Part shown: in pieces, positions 19,191-28,678 of the stretch
How positions within the stretch are numbered: the stretch's first letter is position 1
How the letters are laid out: each line of letters starts with the position of its first letter
NCBI GenBank assembly: GCA_002440125.1
Contig: DJRQ01000035.1
Coordinates: 2,900-66,899 of the forward strand
Source of the DNA: Bacillales bacterium UBA6356
GTDB lineage: Bacteria > Bacillota_I > Bacilli_A > RFN20 > CAG-826
Length of the DNA: 64,000 bases
Direction of reading: 5' to 3'
The notes under the pieces: model-generated
The model's input: only the letters and a program-made list of their open reading frames with translations
Told to the model about the DNA's origin: nothing
Database searches by the model: none
Translations under genes and position numbers: made by a program

Positions 19191-21055
19191 TACTTTTTCT
19201 CCGTTAAGCGATAGCCCTCGATGATGTCGCCTTCCTTGATATCGTTAAAATTTTTGATGGAAAGACCGCATTCATAGCCTTCGCGGACCTCTTTGACATC
19301 GTCTTTGAAACGTTTCAAACCAGCCAATTCGCCTTCGTAAATGATAACGCCATCGCGAAGTACGCGAACTTTTTCGTTCGCTTCCAAGTTTCCGCTTGTC
19401 ACATAGGAGCCAGCTACGGTGCCAACGTGCGAAATCTTATAGATGTGTCGCACTTCGGCTTGGCCTGTCACTTCCTCGACTTTCTCTTTGATGTAAAGTC
19501 CTTTCATGGCTTTTTCCATCTCTTCGATTATCTCGTAGATAATGCGATGAGGGCGGATTTGGATCTTCTTCTCATCCGCTTTCGCTTGAATTTGAGCGGT
19601 CGGACGGATGTTATAGGCATAAATGATAGCATTCGAGGCTTCCGCTAGAAGAAGATCGCTGTCGTTAATAGCCCCAGCGCTCGCGCTAAGGACTTTGACT
19701 TTCACTTGGTCGTTCGAGAGCTTTTCAAGAGAACTTTGGAGGGCTTTGGCAGAACCATCGGTATCGGCCTTAATGAGGACGTTGATGTCTTTTATTTTGC
19801 CGGCGTTAACAAGATTGTTGAGGTCCTCAAGAGACAAAGCGGCGCTTCTTGAACGTTCTTTCGCTTGCGTTTCTAAGGCCCGCTTCAGAGCGATTTCCTT
19901 GGCTTCTTTCTCGGTTGGGAAGGCCATAAAGCGATCCCCGGCGCTCGGAACGCTTGATAAACCCGTTACGCTCACGGGCGTACTAGGGCCGGCGCTATTG
20001 AGGGTTTTGCCGTTTTCATCGGTCATTTTACGGATTTTCCCATAAATATTCCCGACCACGACGTAATCGCTATGGTTAAGAGTCCCATTTTGAACAAGAA
20101 GGGTGGCTTTAGGACCTTCGCCTTTATCCAAATTAGCCTCCAAAACAGTTCCGATCGCATAACGGTTGGGGTTGGCCTTTAATTCCATCATATCGGCCGT
20201 CGTTTCGATAGCATCTAACAAATCGTCAAGGCCTTGCCCTGTTTTGGCGCTCAAAGGAACCATCAAAACATCGCCGCCATAATCCTCTGCAATGACATCA
20301 TGAGCCATAAGCTCTTCCTTGACGCGTCGAGGATTCGCTCCCGGTTTATCCATCTTATTGATGGCGACGATGATTTTGCAATTCGCCGCTTTAGCGTGAT
20401 TGATAGCTTCGATGGTTTGAGGCATGACGCCATCGTCGGCGGCCACAACGAGCACCACGATATCCGTCACATCCGCGCCTCGAGCGCGCATGGCCGTAAA
20501 GGCTTCATGCCCTGGCGTGTCGATAATCGTTATCTTTTTGCCATGGTATTCTTTTTGATAAGCGCCAATGGCTTGTGAAATGCCACCGGCCTCCGAAGCG
20601 GCGACATGCGTCTTTCGAATGGCATCGATAATGGAGGTTTTGCCATGGTCGACGTGGCCCATAACCGTCACTATCGGAGCTCTTTCTTTCAGATCCTTGG
20701 CATCGTCTTCGATTTCGAGCTCTTCGAAATGCTCGGCATCCACCACTTTCTCTTTTTTGAAATCGTAGTTGAATTCAAGGCAAATAGTCCCGATTGCCTC
20801 GTCATCGAGCATCTGGTTAATCGTCACCATCTTCCCTTGCATAAAAAGGAACTTGATAATGGAATTGACAGGAACATTAATGGCTTTTGAGAGCTCTAGA
20901 ACGCTTAAAGGCTTGGAATAGACGAAAACGCCACCGTTGACTTTCGCGAATTCCTCTTTTTTCTTCCCTTGTGGGCGAGCCTCGAAATTGGCTTTGCGAT
21001 TCCGCTCTTGTTGCTGAGCGGCATTCTTTTTCGAGAAATAACGTTGTTTTTTCAT
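19190..21055 (-). CDS. infB: Translation initiation factor IF-2 (short form)
   Basis: G-domain motifs [13 protein letters not shown] and NKMD, plus C-terminal beta-barrels. At 621 aa it lacks the long N-terminal domain. Confidence 0.9.
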   Translation of the reverse strand: MKKQRYFSKKNAAQQQERNRKANFEARPQGKKKEEFAKVNGGVFVYSKPLSVLELSKAINVPVNSIIKFLFMQGKMVTINQMLDDEAIGTICLEFNYDFKKEKVVDAEHFEELEIEDDAKDLKERAPIVTVMGHVDHGKTSIIDAIRKTHVAASEAGGISQAIGAYQKEYHGKKITIIDTPGHEAFTAMRARGADVTDIVVLVVAADDGVMPQTIEAINHAKAANCKIIVAINKMDKPGANPRRVKEELMAHDVIAEDYGGDVLMVPLSAKTGQGLDDLLDAIETTADMMELKANPNRYAIGTVLEANLDKGEGPKATLLVQNGTLNHSDYVVVGNIYGKIRKMTDENGKTLNSAGPSTPVSVTGLSSVPSAGDRFMAFPTEKEAKEIALKRALETQAKERSRSAALSLEDLNNLVNAGKIKDINVLIKADTDGSAKALQSSLEKLSNDQVKVKVLSASAGAINDSDLLLAEASNAIIYAYNIRPTAQIQAKADEKKIQIRPHRIIYEIIEEMEKAMKGLYIKEKVEEVTGQAEVRHIYKISHVGTVAGSYVTSGNLEANEKVRVLRDGVIIYEGELAGLKRFKDDVKEVREGYECGLSIKNFNDIKEGDIIEGYRLTEKK

Positions 21056-21071
21056 AGAACTCTCCTTTTCG

Positions 21072-21371
21072 TTAACGCGCTTTCGACAAAACCGCCATCG
21101 CGGCCTTTTTGTCTAAGACCCCAATGAAGGTCACTTCGCTTCGGCCGAGTGCAGAACCGAGTTCCGCCATCGTCAATGGCACCTCCAAAAGGGGCAAATG
21201 GCGAGACTTGATCTTCTTTTCGTAGCGAAGCGCTTCGCCACTTTTCGCATCGACGGCCTTCAAGAAGAGCGAAACTTGATCCATATGGTGCCAAAGATTC
21301 GCTCCGATCTGAATTTTATTGGCGCGAAATAGGAGCCCGATAAAACCCAGAAGATTTTTTTCGCTTTCCAT
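21072..21371 (-). CDS. L7Ae-family RNA-binding protein YlxQ-like
   Basis: 99 aa. It lies between nusA and infB, as ylxQ does in Bacillus, and shows L7Ae-like hydrophobic/Gly spacing. No ylxR/DUF448 gene is present. Confidence 0.6.
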   Translation of the reverse strand: MESEKNLLGFIGLLFRANKIQIGANLWHHMDQVSLFLKAVDAKSGEALRYEKKIKSRHLPLLEVPLTMAELGSALGRSEVTFIGVLDKKAAMAVLSKAR

Positions 21372-21382
21372 CGAAATAGGCC

Positions 21383-23209
21383 TTAATTGTCGTCGTAGTA
21401 TTTATCGTTGTCGTACTCGTCAAGATCGATATCGTCATACTCGTTTTGAGCATTCTCTTCTTCTTCCTTGGCGATTTCGTCGAGCTCTTCTTGGGAATAG
21501 ATCGGCATCGCTTCTTTCGGCATCTCTGCCGGCGTGATGCGGGCGACTTCCTTTTCGCTTATTTGGTGAGGACGCTTGCTCTTGACCCATTTGCCTTTAG
21601 CAGGAGCGTCTTTTTTCTTTGCGCTCTCTTCGAGATCCCTTTCGAGAGCGTCCAAGGTCGTCGTTGTCTTGACCTCCACCGGTTTTTCAAGTGGCTTGGG
21701 TTCTTCTTCTTTAAGAGGTGCGGCTTCTTGGACCGGCTCGGAAACGGGCTCGGCCTTCTTTTCTTCTTCTTTGATTTCCGGTGAAGGCGTCGGAGCTTCC
21801 TTGTTTTCAAGATCCTCCGCTTCCAAAGCGAATTCTTCCTCTTCTTCCGCGCTCATCTCTGGCATTGGAGCAGCGACAGGTCTGGCATTCTCGGCGTTTT
21901 CTTTGCGCTTCAAAGCCTCGCTTAGAGACTTCTGGGCGTAAGCTTGCCGTTCTTTTGCCTTCTTTTCTTCTTCAACGCTCTTTTGAAGCTCTTCGTAGCT
22001 CGTATATTGGATGCCTTCTTCCTTGGCTTCGCTTTCTTCAAGAATGTCAATGCTAAAGCCCGTAAGTTTGTTAGCTAAGCGAGCATTGGCACCTTTTTTG
22101 CCAATGGCCAAAGAGAAATCATCGTCCTTGACAACCGCCGTGGCAGTAGGATAGGGCTCGGCATGAAGGTCGTCGATTTTAACGCCGATGACATGAGCAG
22201 GGCGAAGAGACTCGGCAATGAAGAGAGCGGGGTTATTGCTCCAAGCGATGATATCGATTTTCTCTTTTTCTTTGCTGCCGTTTCCAAGTTGCGAGACGAC
22301 CCTTTGAATGCGAGAGCCGCCAGGCCCGATGCAAGCGCCCGTCGGATCAACATCGTCGTTGGTGCTTGTGACGGCGACTTTGCTACGAACGCCCGCCTCA
22401 CGGGCGATTCCTTTGATGATTACAGTACCATCATAGACTTCGTGGATTTCTTCTTCGAAAAGGCGTTTCAAAAAGCCTTCGCTGGCGCGAGTGACCATGA
22501 TTTGGGGTCCTTTGGGAGCCTTAGGCGCGTGTTCGCCAACTTGTTTGACTTCTTGGAGATAAACCTTCACGGTATCACCAGTCCGGAAGCTCTCATCGCC
22601 GATCATCTCATGGCGAGTGAGTTCGACGCTGGTGCGACCAATGTTGATGAAAACGCTGCGGTCATCAGCCTTTTCAACGACGCCCGTGACCATCTCACCG
22701 ATATGATCTTTGTAAATGTCATACAAAGCGACGCGTTCGGCTTCGGCGATGCGAGAGCGAAGCAAGCTCTTCACGCTCATGGCTGTCAATTTCGTGAGAT
22801 CGCTAATGGGGCAATAAAGAGCATAAGTGCCGCCGATTTTGATGTTCTTTTCTTCGGCTTTGACAAGAGCGATGAGATTTTTGATCTCCGGCTTTTGTTC
22901 TTTTTTGGCCTCATCAAGGCTTTCTTCCAAGTGCTCTAAAGTGTCCTTGACATCCTCTTTGGCGTCTTCTGGGGAAATCTCAAGATAATCGTCTTCGACT
23001 TCTTCCACGACCTTTTTCTTTTGGCAAAGGGTTATAAAGCCATTCTCTTCATCGATATTGGCTTCCACAACAGCGTCATCCCCGCCTCCTAAATGTTTGA
23101 TGTAGGCGCGTTCGATGGCTTCTTTTAAAGCCAGCACCACCGCTTCGTGGCTGATGCTTTTGCTTTCGGCGATTTGATCAATCGCGCTTTTGAATAGAAT
23201 CGGATCCAT
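21383..23209 (-). CDS. nusA: Transcription termination/antitermination factor NusA with ~230-aa acidic low-complexity C-terminal extension
   Basis: The N-terminal domain, S1 and two KH domains are recognisable. Residues from about 380 to 608 are E/K/P/D-rich, ending in DIDLDEYDNDKYYDDN. Confidence 0.9.
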   Translation of the reverse strand: MDPILFKSAIDQIAESKSISHEAVVLALKEAIERAYIKHLGGGDDAVVEANIDEENGFITLCQKKKVVEEVEDDYLEISPEDAKEDVKDTLEHLEESLDEAKKEQKPEIKNLIALVKAEEKNIKIGGTYALYCPISDLTKLTAMSVKSLLRSRIAEAERVALYDIYKDHIGEMVTGVVEKADDRSVFINIGRTSVELTRHEMIGDESFRTGDTVKVYLQEVKQVGEHAPKAPKGPQIMVTRASEGFLKRLFEEEIHEVYDGTVIIKGIAREAGVRSKVAVTSTNDDVDPTGACIGPGGSRIQRVVSQLGNGSKEKEKIDIIAWSNNPALFIAESLRPAHVIGVKIDDLHAEPYPTATAVVKDDDFSLAIGKKGANARLANKLTGFSIDILEESEAKEEGIQYTSYEELQKSVEEEKKAKERQAYAQKSLSEALKRKENAENARPVAAPMPEMSAEEEEEFALEAEDLENKEAPTPSPEIKEEEKKAEPVSEPVQEAAPLKEEEPKPLEKPVEVKTTTTLDALERDLEESAKKKDAPAKGKWVKSKRPHQISEKEVARITPAEMPKEAMPIYSQEELDEIAKEEEENAQNEYDDIDLDEYDNDKYYDDN

Positions 23210-23230
23210 TTTTTCTTCCTCTTTCCTTTT

Positions 23231-23692
23231 TTAGAATTGAATCGCTAATCGTGCGGTATCGATGGTGCTACGATCGATAAGTATAGCCTTCTTTCGGCTT
23301 TTCTCCTTCACTTCAAGGGTAATCGTATCTTCTTTTACCTCGAGCAAAGCGCCTTCGAGGTCGTTTTGTCCTTTGAAGGGGGTAGAGAGATGCAAATGAA
23401 CATAGCGCTTGGCATATTTCTCAAGCTTATCCAAGCCGATGGGCTTCTCGCTTCCTAAACTCGATACGTCGAGGGTATAAGGACCGTCGATAGGGTCTTT
23501 TTCGTCAAGAATGGGGTTCACTAAATCGCTAACCTTCACGATGTCATCGAGGGAAATCGGATCATCGCGGTCGACGACGATTTCCAAAACGAGCCCATTT
23601 TTCGTTTTCTTGAGTTTCACGCTATAAAGGGTGTAACCCGCTTTCTCTAAGGGTTCTAAGAGAGCGTCCTTCACTTTCCGAACTTCGTCCAT
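23231..23692 (-). CDS. rimP: Ribosome maturation factor RimP
   Basis: Conserved position upstream of nusA. The track start (GTG at 23734) was replaced by ATG 23692 (MDEVRKV), which has an AGGAGG RBS. Confidence 0.8.
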   Translation of the reverse strand: MDEVRKVKDALLEPLEKAGYTLYSVKLKKTKNGLVLEIVVDRDDPISLDDIVKVSDLVNPILDEKDPIDGPYTLDVSSLGSEKPIGLDKLEKYAKRYVHLHLSTPFKGQNDLEGALLEVKEDTITLEVKEKSRKKAILIDRSTIDTARLAIQF

Positions 23693-23859
23693 GGCACCTC
23701 CTAATAATAGAAAGAGTGGCCCATAAGGTGCCACTCAGCCTTTACGAGTATTTCGCGATGCCTCTTCAAGGATCATCGCCCATTAATGATATAAAGAGCG
23801 GAAGCCCTTTGCAAGGCATTTCGACGCATCAAAGAAGGTTTTCCTATCGAAAGAAGCCC

Positions 23860-24735
23860 TTAAGCTTTCTTGGAGACAGGATGCGCTCCATCGTTCAAAT
23901 AAAGGACGCCCAGGCAATGAGGACCGCAATGCGTGCTAATGGTCGCGCCGGCATGGGTTGGGTAGATGTTCTTAAATCCTCTTTCCTTAAGCTTCTCTTT
24001 CACTTTTTCGACGATTGGGTCCTCCATCGAGGAGAAAGTGATGAAAACGTTCTCCAAATCGGGGTTATGGAATTCCTCCAAAGTGGCATTGACATAGTCC
24101 AAGACCCATTTCTCGGTGTTCCCGCGGAACTTTTTGGCGCTATGCATTTTGCCCGTTTTCGGATCCATGATGATTTGAGGTTTTATCTTCAAGAGATTGA
24201 CGCCTAAGCGCGCCAAAGCGCTGCACCGTCCGCCTTTATAAAGGTATTCTACGTTTTCAAGGCCGAAAGAAGTCTGATCGTTAGGAATTCTTTCTTTCAC
24301 CTTTTCGACGATTTCAGGCGCGCTATAGCCATTCTCTTTGAGCTCCGAGGCATAGATGGCCAAAAGGGCGATGCCCGTCGAAAGGACCATGCTGTCGATG
24401 ACAAATATCTTCCCTTCGAATTCCTTCTCCGCCGCGAAAGCGTTTTGGCAAGCGCAACTGATGCCACTCGAAAGCGAAATATGGATAACCTCGTCGTAAT
24501 CTTGAAGAAGCCTTTTGAAATAGGCTTCGAATTCGCCGACATTGATGGCCGAGGTATGGGGAAGATGTCCGGTGCGAGAAACGAAATCAAAGAGATCTTG
24601 GCTCTTAATCTCGCCATCCTTGCCTTCCTTTCCATCCATCACAATCGTGAAGGGAATGGTATGAATATCGAATTTTTGAAGCAATTCCGGCGTAAAATCG
24701 GCCGCCGTCTCAACGGAAATCGCAATTTTGCTCAT
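23860..24735 (-). CDS. DegV-family fatty-acid-binding protein
   Basis: 291 aa with the EDD-fold layout typical of DegV. Motifs ISVETAADF, DS...LS.G and GPH. Confidence 0.8.
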   Translation of the reverse strand: MSKIAISVETAADFTPELLQKFDIHTIPFTIVMDGKEGKDGEIKSQDLFDFVSRTGHLPHTSAINVGEFEAYFKRLLQDYDEVIHISLSSGISCACQNAFAAEKEFEGKIFVIDSMVLSTGIALLAIYASELKENGYSAPEIVEKVKERIPNDQTSFGLENVEYLYKGGRCSALARLGVNLLKIKPQIIMDPKTGKMHSAKKFRGNTEKWVLDYVNATLEEFHNPDLENVFITFSSMEDPIVEKVKEKLKERGFKNIYPTHAGATISTHCGPHCLGVLYLNDGAHPVSKKA

Positions 24736-24837
24736 TTGAAAACTCCTTTCAAAACATACTTATTCTAAGGAAACAAGAAGGAAAAATCGAAGAAAATATC
24801 CTTTTAACGACGTTTTTTTTACTTTTCAAAGCAGAGA

Positions 24838-24872
24838 AAGAGATAAAGAAAAGAGGCCGCGGTCGCGACCTC
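24838..24872 (-). terminator. Rho-independent terminator after the 24892-25917 gene
   Basis: GC-rich hairpin gaggccgcgg/tcgcgacctc (24853-24872) followed on the minus strand by TTTTCTTTATCTC. Confidence 0.4.
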
Positions 24873-24891
24873 GATAGAGATAAGGGAAGCC

Positions 24892-25917
24892 TTATTCCGG
24901 CATTCTCATTGGGTAAGGAAGATAATTCAACGTCTCGAGTTGGTCAAGAGTCACTAAACCAAAAGGAGCGTTAAGAACGGTCGGGATGCGGTTAACGATT
25001 GTGGCGCAGGTATGTTCCACCGTGGCCGGTTTAACGACGTGGAACTCGGTATTGGGCTCGCCCGTGATCTTCCAATCGCACATATCGCCATCGTCTTTGC
25101 CATAGACTTTGCCAATGCACTTGGTCACAAGATCGATTCCTTGGTGGGTTTTGGTCGTAACAACAGCCGCCATGCCGATGCATTCCCCTTTCTTAAGGAC
25201 ACGGCCCATGGTCTTCGATTCGATGTCTTTGTCCCCGAAATAAGGTTCGGCATGTTGCTCGATAGACATAATCGAAAGTCCAAGGCGCTCGGCCAACGCT
25301 TCATTGCTATTCCAAACGTAGCAAGGAACGATTTCGGCGGGATGGGCCAAGGTCTTTTCGAATTCCTCGGCACTTAAGCCGACACCATGGGCTTTCGCCA
25401 AAGCGAGTCCATATTCCTCAACGTTATAAGAGACGGCCCCTTCGATTTTCTTGATGCTATGGCATCCGCCAGCGACCAAGGCCACCATATTGACCCAGAA
25501 GACGTCTTCCATGCCGCTTCCGACAATCGTGCAGCCATTGTCTTTTGCCGTTTTGTCGAGAATATTGGCAAGATAGGCGCTAGTGGTTCTGGCATAGGTC
25601 ATCTCTTCGCAGGTAGTGATAACGTTAATGCCGCGTTTTAAGCATTTCATGAAGTGAGGGAAGCAATCGCTCACCAAGCTAAAGAGAGTCACGACAGCAA
25701 TATCCGCATCGCAACTATCAAGAACCTCATCAGCGTCCGAGCTGATCTTGACGTTCAGCTTATAGCCAAGACCGCAAACTTCCCCTAAGTCTTTGCCGAC
25801 AATCGCCGGATTATTGTCGATAGCGCCAACGATTTCAGCGCCTTTATCGACAAGGTAGCGAACGATATAGCGGCTCATCTTTCCACATCCATATTGGACG
25901 ACTTTGATCTTTTCCAT
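24892..25917 (-). CDS. NAD(P)-dependent oxidoreductase, DapB-like fold (2,4-diaminopentanoate dehydrogenase / amine dehydrogenase family-like)
   Basis: 341 aa. N-terminal [18 protein letters not shown] is a Rossmann-like start resembling the Ord/DapB-like family. Assigned from recalled family features only. Confidence 0.45.
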   Translation of the reverse strand: MEKIKVVQYGCGKMSRYIVRYLVDKGAEIVGAIDNNPAIVGKDLGEVCGLGYKLNVKISSDADEVLDSCDADIAVVTLFSLVSDCFPHFMKCLKRGINVITTCEEMTYARTTSAYLANILDKTAKDNGCTIVGSGMEDVFWVNMVALVAGGCHSIKKIEGAVSYNVEEYGLALAKAHGVGLSAEEFEKTLAHPAEIVPCYVWNSNEALAERLGLSIMSIEQHAEPYFGDKDIESKTMGRVLKKGECIGMAAVVTTKTHQGIDLVTKCIGKVYGKDDGDMCDWKITGEPNTEFHVVKPATVEHTCATIVNRIPTVLNAPFGLVTLDQLETLNYLPYPMRMPE

Positions 25918-25999
25918 ATTGTTCTCCTTTCAAAGCGCTTCCATTTTAGTTAAAAAAGGAAAAGAGAGCAAGGATATCGGTATCGAAATAACGATATAC

Positions 26000-26028
26000 C
26001 GAAAAACAAAAAAACACGCGAACGCGTG
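26000..26028 (-). terminator. Rho-independent terminator downstream of tRNA-Thr
   Basis: Hairpin cacgcg/cgcgtg followed on the minus strand by TTTTTTTGTTTTTCG. Confidence 0.45.
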
Positions 26029-26040
26029 CCCTTTGCTTTT

Positions 26041-26114
26041 TGGTGCCCCGCCGCAGAGTCGAACTACGAATTGGTCCTTACCATGGACCCGTTATGCCGT
26101 TTAACTAGCGGGGC
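26041..26114 (-). tRNA. tRNA-Thr (anticodon GGU), CCA encoded
   Basis: Manual fold: acceptor GCCCCGC/GCGGGGC, D-stem GTTA/TAAC, anticodon stem GGTCC/GGACC with loop AUGGUAA, T-arm CGTAG-TTCGACT-CTGCG, discriminator A, CCA. Confidence 0.8.
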
Positions 26115-26140
26115 ATCGCCTTCTTCCGAAAGCGTTATCG

Positions 26141-26169
26141 ATTATAGAGACTTCTCCTCCTTCTCGCAA
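26141..26169 (-). promoter_or_regulatory. Sigma-70-like promoter for tRNA-Thr (TTGCGA-17nt-TATAAT on minus strand)
   Basis: Read on the reverse complement: -35 TTGCGA, a 17-nt spacer, and a perfect -10 TATAAT about 26 nt upstream of the mature tRNA 5' end. Confidence 0.45.
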
Positions 26170-26210
26170 GGCTTTTGTGAGAATTCCGACACTTCGGATG
26201 AAGATGCCCG

Positions 26211-27506
26211 TTAAAGGACTTCTTCCCCCATAAGATCGTAAACAAAAGCGCGTTCGATTTTGACTTTGACGCGCTCCCCTACTTTATGCTCTTTTAAGCC
26301 CCTGAAGAAGATGCGACCATCGATATCGTCAGGCGCATTCCAATAGCTCCGGAGAAGATAAAGCTTTTCTTTGGGATCGAAATGGGTCACAAACCCTTCC
26401 ATCACTTCTCCCACATGCTCCTTATTGCGCTCATAGCTCGTGCTCTTGGCTAAACGCATAATCTCGTCTTTTCTCCTTTGCTTTTCCTTTTCGGGGACTT
26501 GCGAAGGACGCGAATAAGCAGCCGTCCCTTCTTCGCGAGAGTAGGTAAAGACGCCAAGGTGATCGAAACGGACCTCTTTCAAGAATTCCAAGGTCTTCTT
26601 ATGGTCTTCAACGCTTTCGCCAGGAAAGCCGGCAATAAGGGTCGTGCGAAGCGCCTTTTTGGGGAACAAGGCGTCGATTTTCTTGAAAAGCTCCCTCATT
26701 TCTGATACGTCGCCATGGCGATTCATCTTCTTAAGAACCTCATCGGAAGCGCTTTGGATGGGGATATCGAAATAAGGCTCGATATGCTTCGAATCGCGAA
26801 TGAAAAGAAGCTCTTCGTCAGTAATTTCCTCTGGATAGAGGTAAAGAAGCCGAATGGATTGGAAACTAAGGGCATCAAGTTCCTTTAAAAGATCCAGCAT
26901 ATTGGGTTTTTTGTTTTCGAAATCAAGGCCATAATGCATCGGATCTTGCGAAACGAGGCAAATCTCCTTGACGCCTTTTTTCAACAATTCTTTGGCATCC
27001 GAGAGAATGTCTTTCAAAGGTCTCGAAACCATCCTCCCGCGGATCTTCGGAATGGCGCAAAAGGCGCACATATTATCGCAGCCTTCGCTGATCTTAAGAT
27101 AGCTTGTGAAGGGAGAAGTGGAAAGAACGCGGCGCGAAAGGTCGAAAGGAGAGAGAGGTTCTTCTCCTAAAAGAGCGGAAAGCTTCATGTGCAAGGATGG
27201 GTAGTCGCGAAGCGGAACCCATAAAGCCACTTCCGGAATGGCGTTTCGAAGTTCTTCGAGATTCCTTTCCACAAAGCAGCCAAGGACCACCACTTTCGCT
27301 TTTTTGTAGCGCGTCATCTCTAGAATCGTCTCGATGGATTCGGCTTTGGCGCTTTCGATGAAGCCGCATGTATTGACCAAAATCAAATCCGCTTCTTTGG
27401 GGTCGTTTGTTATTTCGTAACGCTCTTTCGGAAACATCCCAAGAAGCGCTTCGCTATCGACGAGATTTTTCGCGCAGCCAAGCGATACAACGCCGATTTT
27501 TTTCAT
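26211..27506 (-). CDS. rimO: Ribosomal protein S12 methylthiotransferase RimO (radical-SAM MTTase)
   Basis: N-terminal VSLGCAKNLVDSE as in RimO, a radical-SAM CxxxCxxC (CAFCAIP), and a C-terminal TRAM domain. Its start overlaps the galK stop (ATGA). Confidence 0.75.
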   Translation of the reverse strand: MKKIGVVSLGCAKNLVDSEALLGMFPKERYEITNDPKEADLILVNTCGFIESAKAESIETILEMTRYKKAKVVVLGCFVERNLEELRNAIPEVALWVPLRDYPSLHMKLSALLGEEPLSPFDLSRRVLSTSPFTSYLKISEGCDNMCAFCAIPKIRGRMVSRPLKDILSDAKELLKKGVKEICLVSQDPMHYGLDFENKKPNMLDLLKELDALSFQSIRLLYLYPEEITDEELLFIRDSKHIEPYFDIPIQSASDEVLKKMNRHGDVSEMRELFKKIDALFPKKALRTTLIAGFPGESVEDHKKTLEFLKEVRFDHLGVFTYSREEGTAAYSRPSQVPEKEKQRRKDEIMRLAKSTSYERNKEHVGEVMEGFVTHFDPKEKLYLLRSYWNAPDDIDGRIFFRGLKEHKVGERVKVKIERAFVYDLMGEEVL

Positions 27507-28678
27507 GGCCTTACCTCGTATGCTCCTTCATTTGGTATAAAGACTTCGGAAATGGACTCTTCCCCATAATATCTCCGCATCGTTTTCAAGAAAGACTCCT
27601 TTTCTTCGTTAGGCACGAAGCAAAGGACGGTTCCGAAAAAGCCTCCCCCCATCGCTCTTGCGCTTCCTTTTTGAAGGAGGCTTTGAGCGCGGGAAACGCA
27701 TTCGAAGGGAGAATGCGAGAAATTGTCGGAAACCATCACATTCTTCAAAAGGGATTCTTGAGAGAGTTCCGTTTCCCTAACGATTTCCAAAAAGAGGTCC
27801 CTATTCCCCTCTTGAAGGGCCTCAAACGCCCTTTGGACCCGACGAACTTCTCCGAAATAATGAAGCGCCCTATTCCGCTCGCTTTCCGTTAAAAGAGAAG
27901 GCAAAAAGGCCTTTTCCATGAAGGAAAGGTAATCGCAATCGGCCAGGCGCTTCTTCCCTAAGGCTTTTCCCGCGGCGTTTTTCATGTCGTTTGGGATAGT
28001 TGCGTAAAGCCCGCTAAGGCCCTCATGCGATCCCCCAGGATTCACAAGATAAAGGCTTAAGCCCCATTCCAAAGGGAAGGAAACCGATTCCACGCGGGGA
28101 TTCTCGGGATCGAAGAAATCCACATAGGAAACGCCTCCAAAAACCGATCCGCACTGATCGAGGAGACCGGAAGGCTTCCCGAAATAGACGTTTTCGCTGT
28201 ATTGCCCACCTTTGGCCATCGTCTTTTTATCGATTTTCCCTTGGTTATAGAAAACGTTTTGGATGGCCAATATAAGCATTTCGTAGGCGGCGCTGCTCGA
28301 AACGCCAGCCCCCTTGAAGATGTCGCTGGTCAAAGAAGCTTTGAATCCTCCGATTTTGTAGCCTTTTTCTCGCAAATAGGAAAGGCAGCCTTTCGTTAGG
28401 CTTAGCGATGTCCCGACTTCCTTTTCTTTTAGAGAAAGATCCTCGATCGAAAAACGAAAAGGCGGGTAGCCTTCGCTAGCGACTTCCACGTTTTGGCTTT
28501 TGGAGACGCTTGCGAGAATGGAAAGCGAACAAGCCGAAACAAGGCATTTCCCACCTTGGTGGTCGGTATGATTCCCAAGGAGCTCGAGCCTTCCAAAGCT
28601 TTCAAAATGGGTAAGAGGCTTCTCTTGGAAAGAAGCAAAAAAGAGTTGGTCGCATTTCGATATCCGAGCTTTATTCAT
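27503..28678 (-). CDS. galK: Galactokinase-family GHMP kinase
   Basis: GRLELLGNHTDHQGG (galactokinase signature variant), GAGVSSSAA (GHMP motif), GLLDQ, and ARAMGGGFFG. Confidence 0.7.
   Translation of the reverse strand: MNKARISKCDQLFFASFQEKPLTHFESFGRLELLGNHTDHQGGKCLVSACSLSILASVSKSQNVEVASEGYPPFRFSIEDLSLKEKEVGTSLSLTKGCLSYLREKGYKIGGFKASLTSDIFKGAGVSSSAAYEMLILAIQNVFYNQGKIDKKTMAKGGQYSENVYFGKPSGLLDQCGSVFGGVSYVDFFDPENPRVESVSFPLEWGLSLYLVNPGGSHEGLSGLYATIPNDMKNAAGKALGKKRLADCDYLSFMEKAFLPSLLTESERNRALHYFGEVRRVQRAFEALQEGNRDLFLEIVRETELSQESLLKNVMVSDNFSHSPFECVSRAQSLLQKGSARAMGGGFFGTVLCFVPNEEKESFLKTMRRYYGEESISEVFIPNEGAYEVRP

Noticed and set aside
10442-23209. Numerous long antisense ORFs inside pnp, infB and nusA (for example 11523-12014, 11942-12415, 19623-20045, 21576-21941, 22163-22939)
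   Set aside because: They lie opposite strongly supported, highly conserved genes and translate to low-complexity Ser/Ala/Leu-rich peptides. They are typical shadow ORFs of GC-skewed coding regions.
21052-23734. Two ORFs beginning MAPYG (21052-21294 and the track version of rimP at 23734) looked like a repeated N-terminal motif
   Set aside because: Both arise from alternative start codons (TTG at 21294, GTG at 23734) in near-identical 14-nt strings upstream of real starts. rimP truly begins at ATG 23692 with an AGGAGG RBS. The 21052-21294 ORF overlaps ylxQ/infB out of frame. The resemblance is a coincidental short sequence match.
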